Notes: generated by a model not told the origin, from the letters alone. 64,000 nucleotides of DNA from an uncultured Lachnospiraceae bacterium (GCA_964582375.1 CAZORL010000003.1:15289-79288); one strand, 5' to 3'. Positions 48,341 to 59,203 are shown, numbered from the stretch's first letter. A program made the numbers and translations.

Positions 48341-49588
48341 TCATGATTTTTCGCCAAATTCATTTTCCTTATTTATCTCTTTTGCTGTTCTGCCGTCGAT
48401 GTGAAGTATAATAAAATTGAAAACTTTATCGATGATCTTCCCGACTATATCGCAGAGTTTGTCGATGAACAGCACCTTAAACAGAAGCATCCGCACTTTT
48501 TCGAGCAAAATGCAGACAACAAACAATGCGACAACTGCGATCACGACATACAATACCATATGGGGTGTGTCGCAATAGTATCCGATCTTCCAAAAACGCC
48601 AGAGCATATAGTATTCCCAGAAGATCGGCTGAACATGGATGATATAAACAGCAAATGTTGCCGATGAGATAAAAGTTATCACCGATCGTATCGGGCGGAA
48701 ATTGATCCTGATCCTTGAGGCAAATATCAGTAATAGAATAGCTCCGCCGAGGATAAATGGGGAAGTGTACTGAATAAACTCATACTTGAGATTCGGCAAA
48801 AGCGTGTTTTCGGGGTCAAGTTCTGCCATTTCCTCGATTATGAGCATCCATTGCCATGCAAATGTTGTGCAAATAAGATAGCCGAGTAAACAAAAAACGG
48901 ATCTAAGCTTTTTTGTGCTGGGCGGATATTTTGCGACATAAGCACCGATAAAGTAGAGCGCCATTAGCCATATTGCCGAATATCCGTATCCGGTCACAAA
49001 AAGATCCACATTCGCGACCGACGGTAGAACCGACATTATAAAAAACACGCCGACGCATGTCATAAGATGCTGTCCCTTGGTCAGCTTTTCGATCGCACGG
49101 TTCAACAGTGGAGAGGCGAAATAAGCGAGCGTGTATGCGTTGAAATACCAATATTGACTGTTAGATACGGGCATCATTGCATAACCGTACTCCTCGGGAA
49201 TTATAGTTCGTGGATCTATCTCTTCCTTTATCATGGGTATGATCTTTTGCAGACACTCGTTAAATTGCTCGAAGATTATCGGATATTTGTCTATCGTAAA
49301 AACGATCAAAACTCCCCAAAAGGAGACAAGAAGCCAGGTTTTTAGGTACCTTGATGTTTTGAATTTCGATCTATAGCCGACATATCCCGAAATAAGTGCA
49401 AAGAGATCGACAGCGCCAAATGCTGCGGTCTCCATAAACCAAGCGACAGGGTGATTTGACGGATGAGCATCTGCTATCGCGGCATATGGATATACGCCGC
49501 CTTGCCCCAAAACATGGAGAAAAAGAACCATGAGCATTGAGAAAATTCTCAATATCTCAATTCCGATATTTCTTTCTTTTGGTGACAT
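48341..49588 (-). CDS. Acyltransferase family 3 membrane protein (O-acyltransferase)
   Basis: IEILRIFSMLMVLFLHVLGQGG N-terminal motif and about 10 TM helices. Confidence 0.85.
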   Translation of the reverse strand: MSPKERNIGIEILRIFSMLMVLFLHVLGQGGVYPYAAIADAHPSNHPVAWFMETAAFGAVDLFALISGYVGYRSKFKTSRYLKTWLLVSFWGVLIVFTIDKYPIIFEQFNECLQKIIPMIKEEIDPRTIIPEEYGYAMMPVSNSQYWYFNAYTLAYFASPLLNRAIEKLTKGQHLMTCVGVFFIMSVLPSVANVDLFVTGYGYSAIWLMALYFIGAYVAKYPPSTKKLRSVFCLLGYLICTTFAWQWMLIIEEMAELDPENTLLPNLKYEFIQYTSPFILGGAILLLIFASRIRINFRPIRSVITFISSATFAVYIIHVQPIFWEYYMLWRFWKIGYYCDTPHMVLYVVIAVVALFVVCILLEKVRMLLFKVLFIDKLCDIVGKIIDKVFNFIILHIDGRTAKEINKENEFGEKS

Positions 49589-49609
49589 TTATCCGGATTC
49601 CTTTCTTTT

Positions 49610-50875
49610 TTATAATCCTTTTCCGCTTGAGTCAAAGTGGTAATGATCAAGCTGACGCAGATCTATGTTTTTTACAAACGCATAGCATCCCCTTTTACCG
49701 AAAACATGAACAACGACATTTGTATATCCGCGCGACCACTTTAACCTTGAGCCGCTTTTGGCGATAAGCTCGATCTTGTCGGTTGAAATGCAGGCGGCAG
49801 TTCTGAAGAACCCACCTTTCGACAGCACGGTTCGCTCGCTCCCGCTTTCAAAATAGCTGTTTTTGTACTCAAGAAAGCAGGATGCGATCACAATTAAGAG
49901 CGATATTAACGCAATGACAAACCAGCTTTTTTCGAAGATAATGCCAAAAGAAAAAGATGTGATCGGTATTAGCATTTTTGTGGTAAAAAGATAATGGTGG
50001 AAGCACCTTCTGCGAGGTGCTCTGTGTGACATGTTCATATCGGGCAGCAAAAGCTTTGTGTATTCGAGCATGTCCGATTCACGCAGAAGCGGCAAGATCG
50101 GTTTCGATTTTACGAATACCGGGTTGTACCCGACCGCGCGTACATATAGTTTGCCGAATCCGAATATTCTCATGAGCGGTGTTTGCTTGTACTCAACGAT
50201 CGCTATTCTGTCGCGCATGATGTACGTTTTATGCCTGACAAGAAGTCCCGACTCGTAATACAGTATTTTTTTGCCGGCAGAGACAGTGAATTTGTAATAT
50301 TTCAAATATTCACGCAAAAAACCGCCGGTCAGTGCCCATAAGAGAATGATGGTGTACGGAAGTCCGATCGACAATACGAACGTTCCTGCGATGAGCATGT
50401 GCTTGAATATAAAATCGGATATCAGCCTTGCGGTTGATTCGTTGAATATCGGAGATGAAAAGAGAAATACCGCTGTCCAAAGCAAAAGAAGTATGACCGT
50501 GTACCATTCATAGTGCGACTGAAGCAGTGATTTTTTCATCAGATCAGTGGTCGAGAGCTTGATCTTATCAACCTGTCCGTCGTCGTCACTGTAATTTGCA
50601 ACGAATTTGTCGGCGATGACTTTTGGAACGCCGAGAAGCGTAAATATATTGCCGGCAAATGTTATAATAATATTGCATCGTCCGAGGGCATTCATTATTA
50701 TCGAACTTACGGTTGATACCGCCTCTATTTTATCGGTATATATAATATTTGATCTCGAAAAGACAAAATCACGATTTATTAGTATTCGGTCGTCGAGAAA
50801 GGTGTAATCCCATATGAAAAACGAGGCTTTTTCCTTCAATTTGTTGTCCTCACCGCAATTTATTTGAGTTCGCAA
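49610..50875 (-). CDS. Bacterial PH-domain (bPH_2/DUF304) membrane protein, YdbT-like
   Basis: Three repeats of a TM hairpin plus a PH-like unit (e.g. YTFLDDRILINRDFVFSRSNIIYTDKIEAV; YYESGLLVRHKTYIMRDRIAIVEYKQTPLMRIFG). The start overlaps the mutS2 3' end by 16 nt. Confidence 0.65.
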   Translation of the reverse strand: MRTQINCGEDNKLKEKASFFIWDYTFLDDRILINRDFVFSRSNIIYTDKIEAVSTVSSIIMNALGRCNIIITFAGNIFTLLGVPKVIADKFVANYSDDDGQVDKIKLSTTDLMKKSLLQSHYEWYTVILLLLWTAVFLFSSPIFNESTARLISDFIFKHMLIAGTFVLSIGLPYTIILLWALTGGFLREYLKYYKFTVSAGKKILYYESGLLVRHKTYIMRDRIAIVEYKQTPLMRIFGFGKLYVRAVGYNPVFVKSKPILPLLRESDMLEYTKLLLPDMNMSHRAPRRRCFHHYLFTTKMLIPITSFSFGIIFEKSWFVIALISLLIVIASCFLEYKNSYFESGSERTVLSKGGFFRTAACISTDKIELIAKSGSRLKWSRGYTNVVVHVFGKRGCYAFVKNIDLRQLDHYHFDSSGKGL

Positions 50876-53253
50876 ACGGTGACGCCGAGATCGCCCTCAC
50901 CATAGGTTCCGAGCCTGAAGCTCTTTACTCTTTTGTCGCTTTTGAGAAAATTCCAAAGCTGTTTTTTTAGTGCGCCCGTTCCTTTACCATGGATGAGTCG
51001 CACACTTTGAAGTCCGGCAAGCTGTGCGCTGTCAAGGTATTTATCGACCTCGAACCACGCATCCTCACCATTCTTCCCCCGAAGATCTATTTCGGACGAC
51101 AGCCCTTGCGTGACCGACACTCCGATCGATGCGGCAGGGCGTCTTTTTCCGTTTTTGTCGGTAAATATAATATCGTCTTCCTCAACCAGTATCAGTTTGT
51201 CTTCCTTGACCTTGGTAGTCATTATTCCTGCACGGACCGTAACATTTCCGTTTTTGTCGGCGACAGATTGTACTGTTCCTTTAGCCCCGATACCCGATAT
51301 TATGACACTGTCGCCGACCTTTAATTTTCGCGGCAACTTGTAATCGCTCGGTGTCGTATTAATGACAGGGTCTATTTTGCTCTCGCTCTCACGCATGGCA
51401 CGCCTCATGTTTCTGCGTGCCTCATCCATGGCATTTGCAAAGTTTTCGCTTTCCTTGGCTTTTTTTACCTTTTCAAGCTCTGCCATAACGTAATCTGATG
51501 TTGCTCGTGCCGATTCAATAATGCGAGTGGCTTGTTCGGAACTTGTTTGTGAAAGACGCTCCGCCTCATCAATTTTTTTGCGAAGTTTTGCCTCTTCTTC
51601 TTTTTGTTTTATTTCCCACGCAGTTTTATCTGCTTTGACCTTTTCGAGGGTCTTTTCGGTCTCTATCCTTGTTTGTTCGAGTTTTTCAATAACATTCTCG
51701 AATTTCTTGTTCGAAGGATCGACCAAGAATGAGGCTCGCTTTATTATGTCTTCCGAAATGCCTATTCTTGACGAAATTGCAAAAGCATTCGATTTTCCGG
51801 GTGCGCCGATAATCAGACGATAGGTCGGGGCGAGCGTATTAACGTCAAATTCACACGCGGCATTGCACACGCCCGGCGTTTCAAGGGCGTAGATCTTCAT
51901 TTCGCTGTAGTGCGTCGTAATGGCGGACAGAGCACCTGTTTTGCGGAGTGCCTCTGTGATCGCAACCGCAAGCGCCGCACCTTCGATGGGATCTGTCCCT
52001 GCACCAAGTTCGTCGGTCAAAACGAGCGATCTCTCGTTTGCCTCTTCTAAGATTCGAACGATATTTGTCATATGTGCCGAAAATGTTGAAAGTGACTGCT
52101 CGATCGATTGCTCGTCACCGATATCGGCAAGCACATTTTCGAAAACACGAATTTTTGAATCCTCACGCGCGGGAATGTGAAGACCCGTTTGCGCCATGAG
52201 GGTAAATAGTCCGAGAGTCTTAAGCGATACAGTCTTTCCTCCGGTGTTCGGACCGGTTATGACAAGGGTGTCGAAATCTCCGCCGAGTCTGATATCGATC
52301 GGTACTATCTTTTTACCCTTGATAAGAGGGTGCTTGGCGGCATTTATCTCTATTTCGCCATCTTCGGATATTGTCGGCTCTGATGCCTTAAGTCTCCAAG
52401 AAAGCTCCGCACGAGCGAAGATGAACGCAAGCTCGGTTATATTTTGATAGTTTAGCGATATGCAGTGTCCAAAATCAGCAACTGCCGCGGAAAGGGTATA
52501 GAGTATCTTTTCGATCTCGTTCTTTTCCTCACTTTCAAGACGTCTCAGCTCGTTATTTGCCTCGACGACCGAAAGAGGCTCGATAAACAGAGTTGCACCT
52601 GTCGATGATGTGTCATGCACAAGTCCTTTTATTTCGCCCTTGTGCTCAGCTTTGACCGGTATTACATATCGACCCTCGCGTATGGTCACGAGATTGTCGC
52701 GGAGATATTTAGTTGTCGATTCAGCAGTTATATATCTTTGAAGGGTGTCTCTGATCTTGTTGTTGGTATTCTTTATGGCACGGCGAATATCAGCGAGCTT
52801 CGGGGAGGCATCATCGGATATGATATCAGCAGTGATTATGCACCTGCGGATCTCACGCTCAAGAGAATTGTTTTGGACAAGTCTTGAAAAAATCTCGCCG
52901 AGAGAGCCGAGATCCATTCCTCGAACGGATGAATAAGAGATAAGCGACGATGTCGATGAGAGAAGGGAGGCAACATCAAGCAGCTCCGCCGGTGAGAGCA
53001 TTGCTCCTTTTTCGGCGCGCTCGACAGATCCGCTGACATTCGGCGCAGATCCGAACGGGGGATTACCGTTTTGGGACATTAAGTGCTTGGCATCGCTTGT
53101 TTCGGTCAGTCGCTTTTTTATTCGAATTATGTCAGAGTCGGGGTATGCCGCCATAGCAAGCTCTTTTGCGCCTATCGTGAGGGCACAATCGGCAAGCATT
53201 TCTCTTATTTTTTGAAATTCAAGCGTATTTAACGCTTTGTTAAAATCAGACAA
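50860..53253 (-). CDS. mutS2: Endonuclease MutS2 (MutS ATPase plus C-terminal Smr domain)
   Basis: Walker A ITGPNTGGKTV, TDELGAGTDP, a long coiled coil, and the C-terminal Smr motifs EIDLRG and VRLIHGKGTGALK. Confidence 0.93.
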   Translation of the reverse strand: MSDFNKALNTLEFQKIREMLADCALTIGAKELAMAAYPDSDIIRIKKRLTETSDAKHLMSQNGNPPFGSAPNVSGSVERAEKGAMLSPAELLDVASLLSSTSSLISYSSVRGMDLGSLGEIFSRLVQNNSLEREIRRCIITADIISDDASPKLADIRRAIKNTNNKIRDTLQRYITAESTTKYLRDNLVTIREGRYVIPVKAEHKGEIKGLVHDTSSTGATLFIEPLSVVEANNELRRLESEEKNEIEKILYTLSAAVADFGHCISLNYQNITELAFIFARAELSWRLKASEPTISEDGEIEINAAKHPLIKGKKIVPIDIRLGGDFDTLVITGPNTGGKTVSLKTLGLFTLMAQTGLHIPAREDSKIRVFENVLADIGDEQSIEQSLSTFSAHMTNIVRILEEANERSLVLTDELGAGTDPIEGAALAVAITEALRKTGALSAITTHYSEMKIYALETPGVCNAACEFDVNTLAPTYRLIIGAPGKSNAFAISSRIGISEDIIKRASFLVDPSNKKFENVIEKLEQTRIETEKTLEKVKADKTAWEIKQKEEEAKLRKKIDEAERLSQTSSEQATRIIESARATSDYVMAELEKVKKAKESENFANAMDEARRNMRRAMRESESKIDPVINTTPSDYKLPRKLKVGDSVIISGIGAKGTVQSVADKNGNVTVRAGIMTTKVKEDKLILVEEDDIIFTDKNGKRRPAASIGVSVTQGLSSEIDLRGKNGEDAWFEVDKYLDSAQLAGLQSVRLIHGKGTGALKKQLWNFLKSDKRVKSFRLGTYGEGDLGVTVCELK

Positions 53254-53286
53254 TTTGTTGATGTTCCTTTCAGCTGTATCTCATCA

Positions 53287-54066
53287 CTAAAAACAGATGC
53301 TTTTGTAAAATTCAAGGGTGTCAAACGAGCGTTCGAGATGCTCGATCAAATATTTTTCGCAGATCGATGAAAGTGATGACAGTGTTTCGTCACTTGGCAA
53401 AAATGCAAAAATCCTTTTTTCGGGAGCAGTGCATAGATATTCCATTGATGCGGTGGTTTCTTCATCGAGATGTGCAATAAGCGTATTCTCGGCTGTTCCT
53501 TTGCCCGAGGATTGGCATTCGCGACAAAAAACAACGCCGCCATCTATATCAAAGATCGATGACAGTATTTTTTTTCCGCAACTGTCACAGTGGCATAGAT
53601 TTGGTCTGTATCCGAGCAGCGACGCAAGACGCAGCTCAAATCCCGCTTTTATAAAACTTTTCGGCTTCTTTTTCTCGGTAAGCAAATAGAGACAGTTTAG
53701 CGACAGTCTTAATATCTCGCTTTGATCTTCGCCCGTGATCGTGACGGTCGAGATCACTTCCATGAAATATTGGGCAAGCGATAGAGAAACGAGATCTTCG
53801 CGCAAACGGTAAAAATCTTCGATCAGCGACGCCTCGCGAAGATAGTATCTGTCACCCTTTGCCGCCAGCACGAACTCGCAGTAACAAAAAAGTTGGGATG
53901 TGTGAAGACGGTGACTTTTTATGTTTTTTACACCCTTTCCCGAAACGAGAATTTTTCCCTCATTCGGTGTAAGCAGTGTCAAAAGCTTGTCCGACTCACC
54001 GACATCAATGGTGCGTACGACAAGCCCCGTCGTTGTTATCTCTCTTGTTCTCGTATTCTCAAGCAT
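53287..54066 (-). CDS. recO: DNA repair protein RecO
   Basis: N-terminal OB fold (TGLVVRTIDVGESDKLLTLLTPNEGKI) and zinc motif CHCDSCGK...FCRECQ. Syntenic with era. Confidence 0.85.
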   Translation of the reverse strand: MLENTRTREITTTGLVVRTIDVGESDKLLTLLTPNEGKILVSGKGVKNIKSHRLHTSQLFCYCEFVLAAKGDRYYLREASLIEDFYRLREDLVSLSLAQYFMEVISTVTITGEDQSEILRLSLNCLYLLTEKKKPKSFIKAGFELRLASLLGYRPNLCHCDSCGKKILSSIFDIDGGVVFCRECQSSGKGTAENTLIAHLDEETTASMEYLCTAPEKRIFAFLPSDETLSSLSSICEKYLIEHLERSFDTLEFYKSICF

Positions 54067-54096
54067 ATTCGAAAATTTACACTTCCTTATGTGTCA

Positions 54097-54990
54097 TCAT
54101 GTGTCATCGCTTTTCTTAAATCCGAAATCGTTTATCAAATAATCGCTTTCGCGCCAATTTTCCTTGACCTTGACCCAAACATCAAGAAAAACCTTTGTCC
54201 CGAAGAATTTCTCCATATCCTCGCGTGCGTAAGTTGAGATCTTTTTCAGCATCTCGCCGCCCTTGCCGATAATGATTCGCTTGTGAGATTCTCTCTCACA
54301 GTATATCTCGGCACGAATGCGAAGGATGTGACCATCGTCCTTGAATTCTTCAATAGTGACTGCCGTGCCGTGAGGTATCTCGTTGTCAAGCAGTCGAAGA
54401 AGCTTTTCTCTGATCATTTCGGATGCGATAGTGCGTTCGGGCTGATCGGTAAGCTCGTCTTCATCAAATATCCACTCTCCTTCATGAAGCAGTTTGGCAA
54501 CCTCATCGAGAACAATGGATACTCCGTCTTCTTTTATTGCACTGATCGGAATGACCGAGGCAAAGTCGCAAAGCTCTGCGTAAGCGGCGATAACTCTGCC
54601 GATGCGCTCGGGATTCGACACATCTGTTTTGTTGAGAACGAGAATGATCGGCATTTCATCACGCGCAAAACGGTTTATAAGTCTTTTTTCAATATCACCG
54701 GGCATGTAATCGGTGTCAGCAACAAGTATTGCCGCATCAACGTCTGCGATTGCCGACGAGATCTGACGGTTCATATAGTCCCCGAGTTTGGTCGCTGATC
54801 TGTGCATGCCGGGCGTGTCGATAAAGACAAATTGGTTATCGCCTTTTGTGAGGATGCCTGTTATTCGTGTTCGCGTTGTCTGCGGTTTCTTTGATGTTAT
54901 CGCTATCTTTTCCCCAAGCATCGCATTGAGAAGCGTTGACTTGCCAACATTCGGTCTGCCGACGATTGCTATAAATCCTGTTTTTTTCAT
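54097..54990 (-). CDS. era: GTPase Era
   Basis: G1 GRPNVGKST, G3 DTPG, G4 NKTD, and a C-terminal KH domain (IIIGKGGEMLKKI). Confidence 0.95.
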   Translation of the reverse strand: MKKTGFIAIVGRPNVGKSTLLNAMLGEKIAITSKKPQTTRTRITGILTKGDNQFVFIDTPGMHRSATKLGDYMNRQISSAIADVDAAILVADTDYMPGDIEKRLINRFARDEMPIILVLNKTDVSNPERIGRVIAAYAELCDFASVIPISAIKEDGVSIVLDEVAKLLHEGEWIFDEDELTDQPERTIASEMIREKLLRLLDNEIPHGTAVTIEEFKDDGHILRIRAEIYCERESHKRIIIGKGGEMLKKISTYAREDMEKFFGTKVFLDVWVKVKENWRESDYLINDFGFKKSDDT

Positions 54991-55005
54991 TATGTTTTTC
55001 CTTTA

Positions 55006-55467
55006 TTATCTTGTAAGTCCAATTATTTTCATTATTTCTTCCTGTCTCCAAAACATATCTTTTTCGTCATCAAGAGATGTTTCGTGATCGTACCCGAGCA
55101 GGTGAAGTACCGAGTGAACGGTCAAAAATGCAACCTCGCGATCAAAAGAATGACCGTATTCTCCTGCTTGCTCGCAGGCTTTTTCGAGTGATATGACTAT
55201 ATCTCCGAGGATACAGCATTCTCCGTCAGAAAAATCATCGTCGTAAATTGGAAAAGAAAGAACATCTGTCGGGCGGTCGATCCCGCGTTTACTCTTGTTT
55301 ATTTCGTGTATTATTTCGTTGTCAACAAATGTCACCGAAATTTCGCATTTTCGCTCAAATCCTTCGTACTCGAGTGCGGTGTTCACAGCCGATTTTATTA
55401 AACGTATCGTTTGTGGTGTGAGTATTATTTTATTCTGTCTGTTCGACATTATAATTCTGTTTTTCAT
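55006..55467 (-). CDS. ybeY: rRNA maturation endoribonuclease YbeY
   Basis: Metal-binding motif HSVLHLLGYDH; 153 aa. Confidence 0.9.
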   Translation of the reverse strand: MKNRIIMSNRQNKIILTPQTIRLIKSAVNTALEYEGFERKCEISVTFVDNEIIHEINKSKRGIDRPTDVLSFPIYDDDFSDGECCILGDIVISLEKACEQAGEYGHSFDREVAFLTVHSVLHLLGYDHETSLDDEKDMFWRQEEIMKIIGLTR

Positions 55468-55482
55468 GTTGCTCGCCCATCC

Positions 55483-56478
55483 TTAATTCTTTTTCGCATG
55501 ATAGCGTTTTGAGGTGCTTTTTCTTTCATTGTCGTACTTTTCATATGCCAGAATGATTTTTTGTACCAGTTTGTGTCTGACAACGTCTTTGTCTGTCAGT
55601 CTGTGTACCGATATGTCATCTATGCCGTCAAGTATCTTTACAGCCTCTGCAAGACCGCTTCGTTGCGATCTCGGCAGGTCTGTTTGTGTCAGATCGCCTG
55701 TTACGACGGCTTTTGAGCCAAATCCGAGCCTTGTAAGAAACATTTTCATTTGCTCGGGAGTCGTATTTTGAGCCTCGTCAAGGATGATAAAACTGTCATC
55801 GAGCGTTCTGCCTCTCATGTAGGCAAGGGGCGCTATTTCGATGATCCCTTTTTCAACGTTTCGCTGATATCCTTCCGTGCCCATTGTTTCGTAAAGGGCA
55901 TCATAGAGCGGACGAAGATACGGGTCTATCTTGCTTTGGAGGTCGCCGGGTAAATATCCGAGCCTCTCGCCTGCCTCGACAGCCGGGCGTGTCAAAATGA
56001 TTCTCGAAACCTGCTTCTGTCTGAGTGCGGAAACCGCCATTGCGACGGCAAGAAAGGTCTTGCCCGTGCCTGCGGGACCGATCCCGAGGACGATCGTGTT
56101 TTTCTTTATCGCATCGACATATTTTTTTTGACCGACGGTTTTTGCACGGATCGGCTTTCCGTTTGGCGTTATGATCACAAGATCACGGTCAAAACCATCG
56201 AGATCGTCTGATTTTCCGTCCTCGTACATCGATAAAGCGTAGCTTACCTTTTGTTCGTCGATTGTTTCACCGATTAGTGCGAGCTTTTTCAGATACGAGA
56301 TCACCGAATATGCCGTTTCGAGAGCCTTGTTATCATTTGAACTGATAAGAACAGATGACCCTCTGCAAACAATCTTTATGCCGAGCCTGTTTTCGATAAG
56401 CTCGATATTTGATTCATAGCTTCCGCATATCTCGGCAAGAATGTCGGTGTTTTCAAGATTTATTATTTTTTCATCCAT
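55483..56478 (-). CDS. phoH: PhoH family ATPase
   Basis: Walker A GPAGTGKTFLAVA, ILDEAQNTT, and an N-terminal KH-like region. Confidence 0.9.
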   Translation of the reverse strand: MDEKIINLENTDILAEICGSYESNIELIENRLGIKIVCRGSSVLISSNDNKALETAYSVISYLKKLALIGETIDEQKVSYALSMYEDGKSDDLDGFDRDLVIITPNGKPIRAKTVGQKKYVDAIKKNTIVLGIGPAGTGKTFLAVAMAVSALRQKQVSRIILTRPAVEAGERLGYLPGDLQSKIDPYLRPLYDALYETMGTEGYQRNVEKGIIEIAPLAYMRGRTLDDSFIILDEAQNTTPEQMKMFLTRLGFGSKAVVTGDLTQTDLPRSQRSGLAEAVKILDGIDDISVHRLTDKDVVRHKLVQKIILAYEKYDNERKSTSKRYHAKKN

Positions 56479-56496
56479 TTTCGGTTATGCTTCCTT

Positions 56497-57696
56497 TTAG
56501 GGCAGATGAGATTTGTTTGTTGATAGTTGATCGGATATCGGAACGCTTTGGGCGATGTCTTCAATGCAGTACACTTCAATTTGAATTGTGTACAACAGAC
56601 CATCGCAAGATGAACTTTTCGATATCCCAAGCGTTTGTGCGTCTTTTAGTAGCTTTGACAATTTGTCGGCAACCGATCTTTCGCATATTGCCGCCGCTTC
56701 GGCCTCGGAAATTCTAAACTCAGCATCGGTAAGCTCTGTATATTCGATTCTCGATATTCCTATCGGTAGCGGATGACCGAAAAACATGAGTCTGCTTGAA
56801 CTTTGAAAAACTTTTGACCTTTTGTACGGGTCACTTTGATCGGATGTAAGTGAAAACTCTTTTCCAAAGAAATAAAACGAGCTGAAGATAGTGGAATTGC
56901 CCGTGGGAGACGGGCGAGTGCCGACCAGGGGTACGCTTTCGATCACATTCCGGGTCGTACGCGCGTAAACATTCCCGATCGATCTTTCAAGCTTGTAAAC
57001 AGATTCGTTTCTGCCTTGATAAAAACCGCTTACGAGGACCTGACCTTTGTGAACCGATTGTCCCATGCTCACCTCAGCTTGCCCCGAAAAGAGCTCTACA
57101 CGTTCGATCAGACCATCACATACCGCGACAAGATTTGTCGGCGTGTCCTCTCTTGTGCTCTTTTCGATCACACTGTCTCTGACCACAACATTTGCACATG
57201 TTCCGTTTATGTTTATCGCCATCCATGAAATGTCGCTGTTTTTCAAAAGGACATTTGTTGAGATTTTCGGCAGATCAAGTCTTGATATGTGTGAACCGAT
57301 GCGAAGTCCTTCATAGTCAAGATTGGAAATGATCTCCTCTGGCGAAGCATTCAGACTGCCTGTGATTTTTATATTCCATATAAAAAGGGATGGATAATAT
57401 ATAAGAAATATGAAGACGGGGACACCGATCCAAACACCGATTCGTGATTTGTAACGAACCAGTATGTAAGGAAGACCGCATCTATCCTCTGAGATAATTT
57501 TTGCGCCGACGTTCTCACAAAGAGAGATGAATCTCTTCCGAGAAAGGCTTAAAAACTCGATCCTTGTTGTGTTTTCGTAAGGCGTTATTCGTCCGAGTGA
57601 TCCGCCATCCTTTACGAGTAAACTCATAAGACGTTCGGAATTTTCGACTTCAACGCGAACATAACCGATCAAAAAAGCGATGATACGGTATATCAA
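56497..57696 (-). CDS. yqfD: Sporulation protein YqfD
   Basis: 399 aa with a single central TM helix. Canonical position between yqfC and phoH. Confidence 0.85.
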   Translation of the reverse strand: MIYRIIAFLIGYVRVEVENSERLMSLLVKDGGSLGRITPYENTTRIEFLSLSRKRFISLCENVGAKIISEDRCGLPYILVRYKSRIGVWIGVPVFIFLIYYPSLFIWNIKITGSLNASPEEIISNLDYEGLRIGSHISRLDLPKISTNVLLKNSDISWMAININGTCANVVVRDSVIEKSTREDTPTNLVAVCDGLIERVELFSGQAEVSMGQSVHKGQVLVSGFYQGRNESVYKLERSIGNVYARTTRNVIESVPLVGTRPSPTGNSTIFSSFYFFGKEFSLTSDQSDPYKRSKVFQSSSRLMFFGHPLPIGISRIEYTELTDAEFRISEAEAAAICERSVADKLSKLLKDAQTLGISKSSSCDGLLYTIQIEVYCIEDIAQSVPISDQLSTNKSHLP

Positions 57697-57908
57697 TGGC
57701 GTGCCTCTGTCGTGACAGACGATATTTCTCCGCTGACCGTGATCTCTTTCGGGAAAAATGAACTGAGCGTCAGTCGCTTACCCGTGAGCGTTAATCTGTT
57801 GCCCGGAACTGCCAGGACGATCTTTTCACTTCCATAAGATATAACTCGCACACATCCGTTTATTTCAGCAATTTTACCATTATCAAGAGTTAGCGTGTAA
57901 CCATTCAT
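57693..57908 (-). CDS. yqfC: YabP/YqfC family sporulation protein
   Basis: 71 aa. Beta-rich YabP-like sequence (VRVISYGSEKIVLAVPGNRLTLTGKRLTL). A GGAGGG RBS lies 7 nt upstream. Overlaps the yqfD start. Confidence 0.7.
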   Translation of the reverse strand: MNGYTLTLDNGKIAEINGCVRVISYGSEKIVLAVPGNRLTLTGKRLTLSSFFPKEITVSGEISSVTTEARH

Positions 57909-58002
57909 TCATATCCCTCCGCACTGACTCGTATAATCCCTTTGTAGATTATATTCAAATTGCCAAACTATAATTCGGCAAAAGCGGTGGTGATGATTCT
58001 GT

Positions 58003-58956
58003 ATGACAGGTATTTGTCGACAAAAAATCAGGGGAAGGTTAAAAAAATGCGTGCTTACATTTTTAACTTTATTGATTGCCATCTTTGTCGCTCTTTTCCC
58101 CGAGAGATCGTCGAGAGCGGTGATCGGAGGCATAAACCTTTTTTATGAAAAACTCTTTCCCGCACTCTTCCCGATGTGTATCGTCAGCGGTATACTATCA
58201 AGATCAGGGAGCCTTCCCGGCTTTTTGATAAACGGCATATCGAAGTGCCTCGGTATAAGCAAAGCAACCGCAACGGCGTTTGTAATAGGCATCCTCTCCG
58301 GATTCCCGATCGGTGGCATGCTTATAGGACAGCTCTACGAGAGGGGCGAGATCGAAAAGGATGAGGCAGAGCGAATGGTTGGGGTCTGCACATGCCCTTC
58401 TCCCGCATTCCTGATTGTCAGTGTCGGGAGCTTTTTGCTACACAATAAAATGCTCGGAGTTGCACTTTGGCTTGGACAGATAACAGCAACAATATTGGTG
58501 GCGATCGTAAGCGGAAAAGGGAATGAACATCCAAATGGATATGTCGCTAAAAGCAAACCACTGTCTGTAACAAAAGACATCTGCGACTCGATTGGCAGAG
58601 CGGCACAATCTATGTTGTCGGTCATCGCGTTCGTTTGTTTCTTTTCGCTTCTGTGCGAGATGATCTGTGGATCACTGCCATCGCACATGATCGGTTTACG
58701 CACTATGATCAGCGGTTTTTTAGAGATAGGATCCGGAATGAGTGCGGCGGCAAGATTTGATTATCCTGCAAATCTGTGCCTTTGTGCGGTTTTTGCGGGA
58801 TGGTCGGGACTCTCGGTACACATGCAAAGTGCCTCGCTTCTCGGCAGTCTGTCAATAAAGCGATGTGTTAAACAAAAGATCGCACTGGCAGTCATATCTG
58901 TGCCGCTGACTCTTCTATACGCAGAGCTTCTTTCTAAATTGTCGCCGCAACTATAA
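58003..58956 (+). CDS. ylbJ: Sporulation integral membrane protein YlbJ-like (nucleoside-recognition/Gate domains)
   Basis: INLFYEKLFPALFPMCIVSGIL...GISKATATAFVIGILSGFPIGG. Start is uncertain (ATG 58003 or GTG 58051). Confidence 0.65.
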   Translation: MTGICRQKIRGRLKKCVLTFLTLLIAIFVALFPERSSRAVIGGINLFYEKLFPALFPMCIVSGILSRSGSLPGFLINGISKCLGISKATATAFVIGILSGFPIGGMLIGQLYERGEIEKDEAERMVGVCTCPSPAFLIVSVGSFLLHNKMLGVALWLGQITATILVAIVSGKGNEHPNGYVAKSKPLSVTKDICDSIGRAAQSMLSVIAFVCFFSLLCEMICGSLPSHMIGLRTMISGFLEIGSGMSAAARFDYPANLCLCAVFAGWSGLSVHMQSASLLGSLSIKRCVKQKIALAVISVPLTLLYAELLSKLSPQL

Positions 58957-59203
58957 GAAGTGCACATCCGGAGGTCTCGATAAGAAGGATGGTGAAAATG
59001 ATCAGTATTACACGCCTTATCAAGCTGCCGATCAGCTTTATTGCAAGCGTGTCGGGGACTATGTCATCGTCCGAATAATCTTTTAGGTAGCTTTCGGAAA
59101 GTGATGTGATAAGATACTGCCTTGACGAATAAATAATTGCCGATATGAGAATGCCGCAAAGCATTATCGCACCGCCGAGAATATACAGCAGAACACTTAT
59201 CAT
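58934..59203 (-). CDS. Hypothetical small membrane protein (2 TM helices)
   Basis: 89-aa ORF 19 nt downstream of the aminotransferase gene, with two clear hydrophobic helices. No family recognised. Confidence 0.4.
   Translation of the reverse strand: MISVLLYILGGAIMLCGILISAIIYSSRQYLITSLSESYLKDYSDDDIVPDTLAIKLIGSLIRRVILIIFTILLIETSGCALLIVAATI

Noticed and set aside
58013-58024. A perfect 12-bp palindrome, TTTGTCGACAAA, contains 0A-box-like TGTCGA half sites at the 5' end of the ylbJ-like gene.
   Set aside because: About a dozen 12-bp palindromes are expected by chance in 64 kb (64000/4^6). There is no second copy or supporting context. It could lie in the 5' UTR if the GTG 58051 start is used, but that is speculation.
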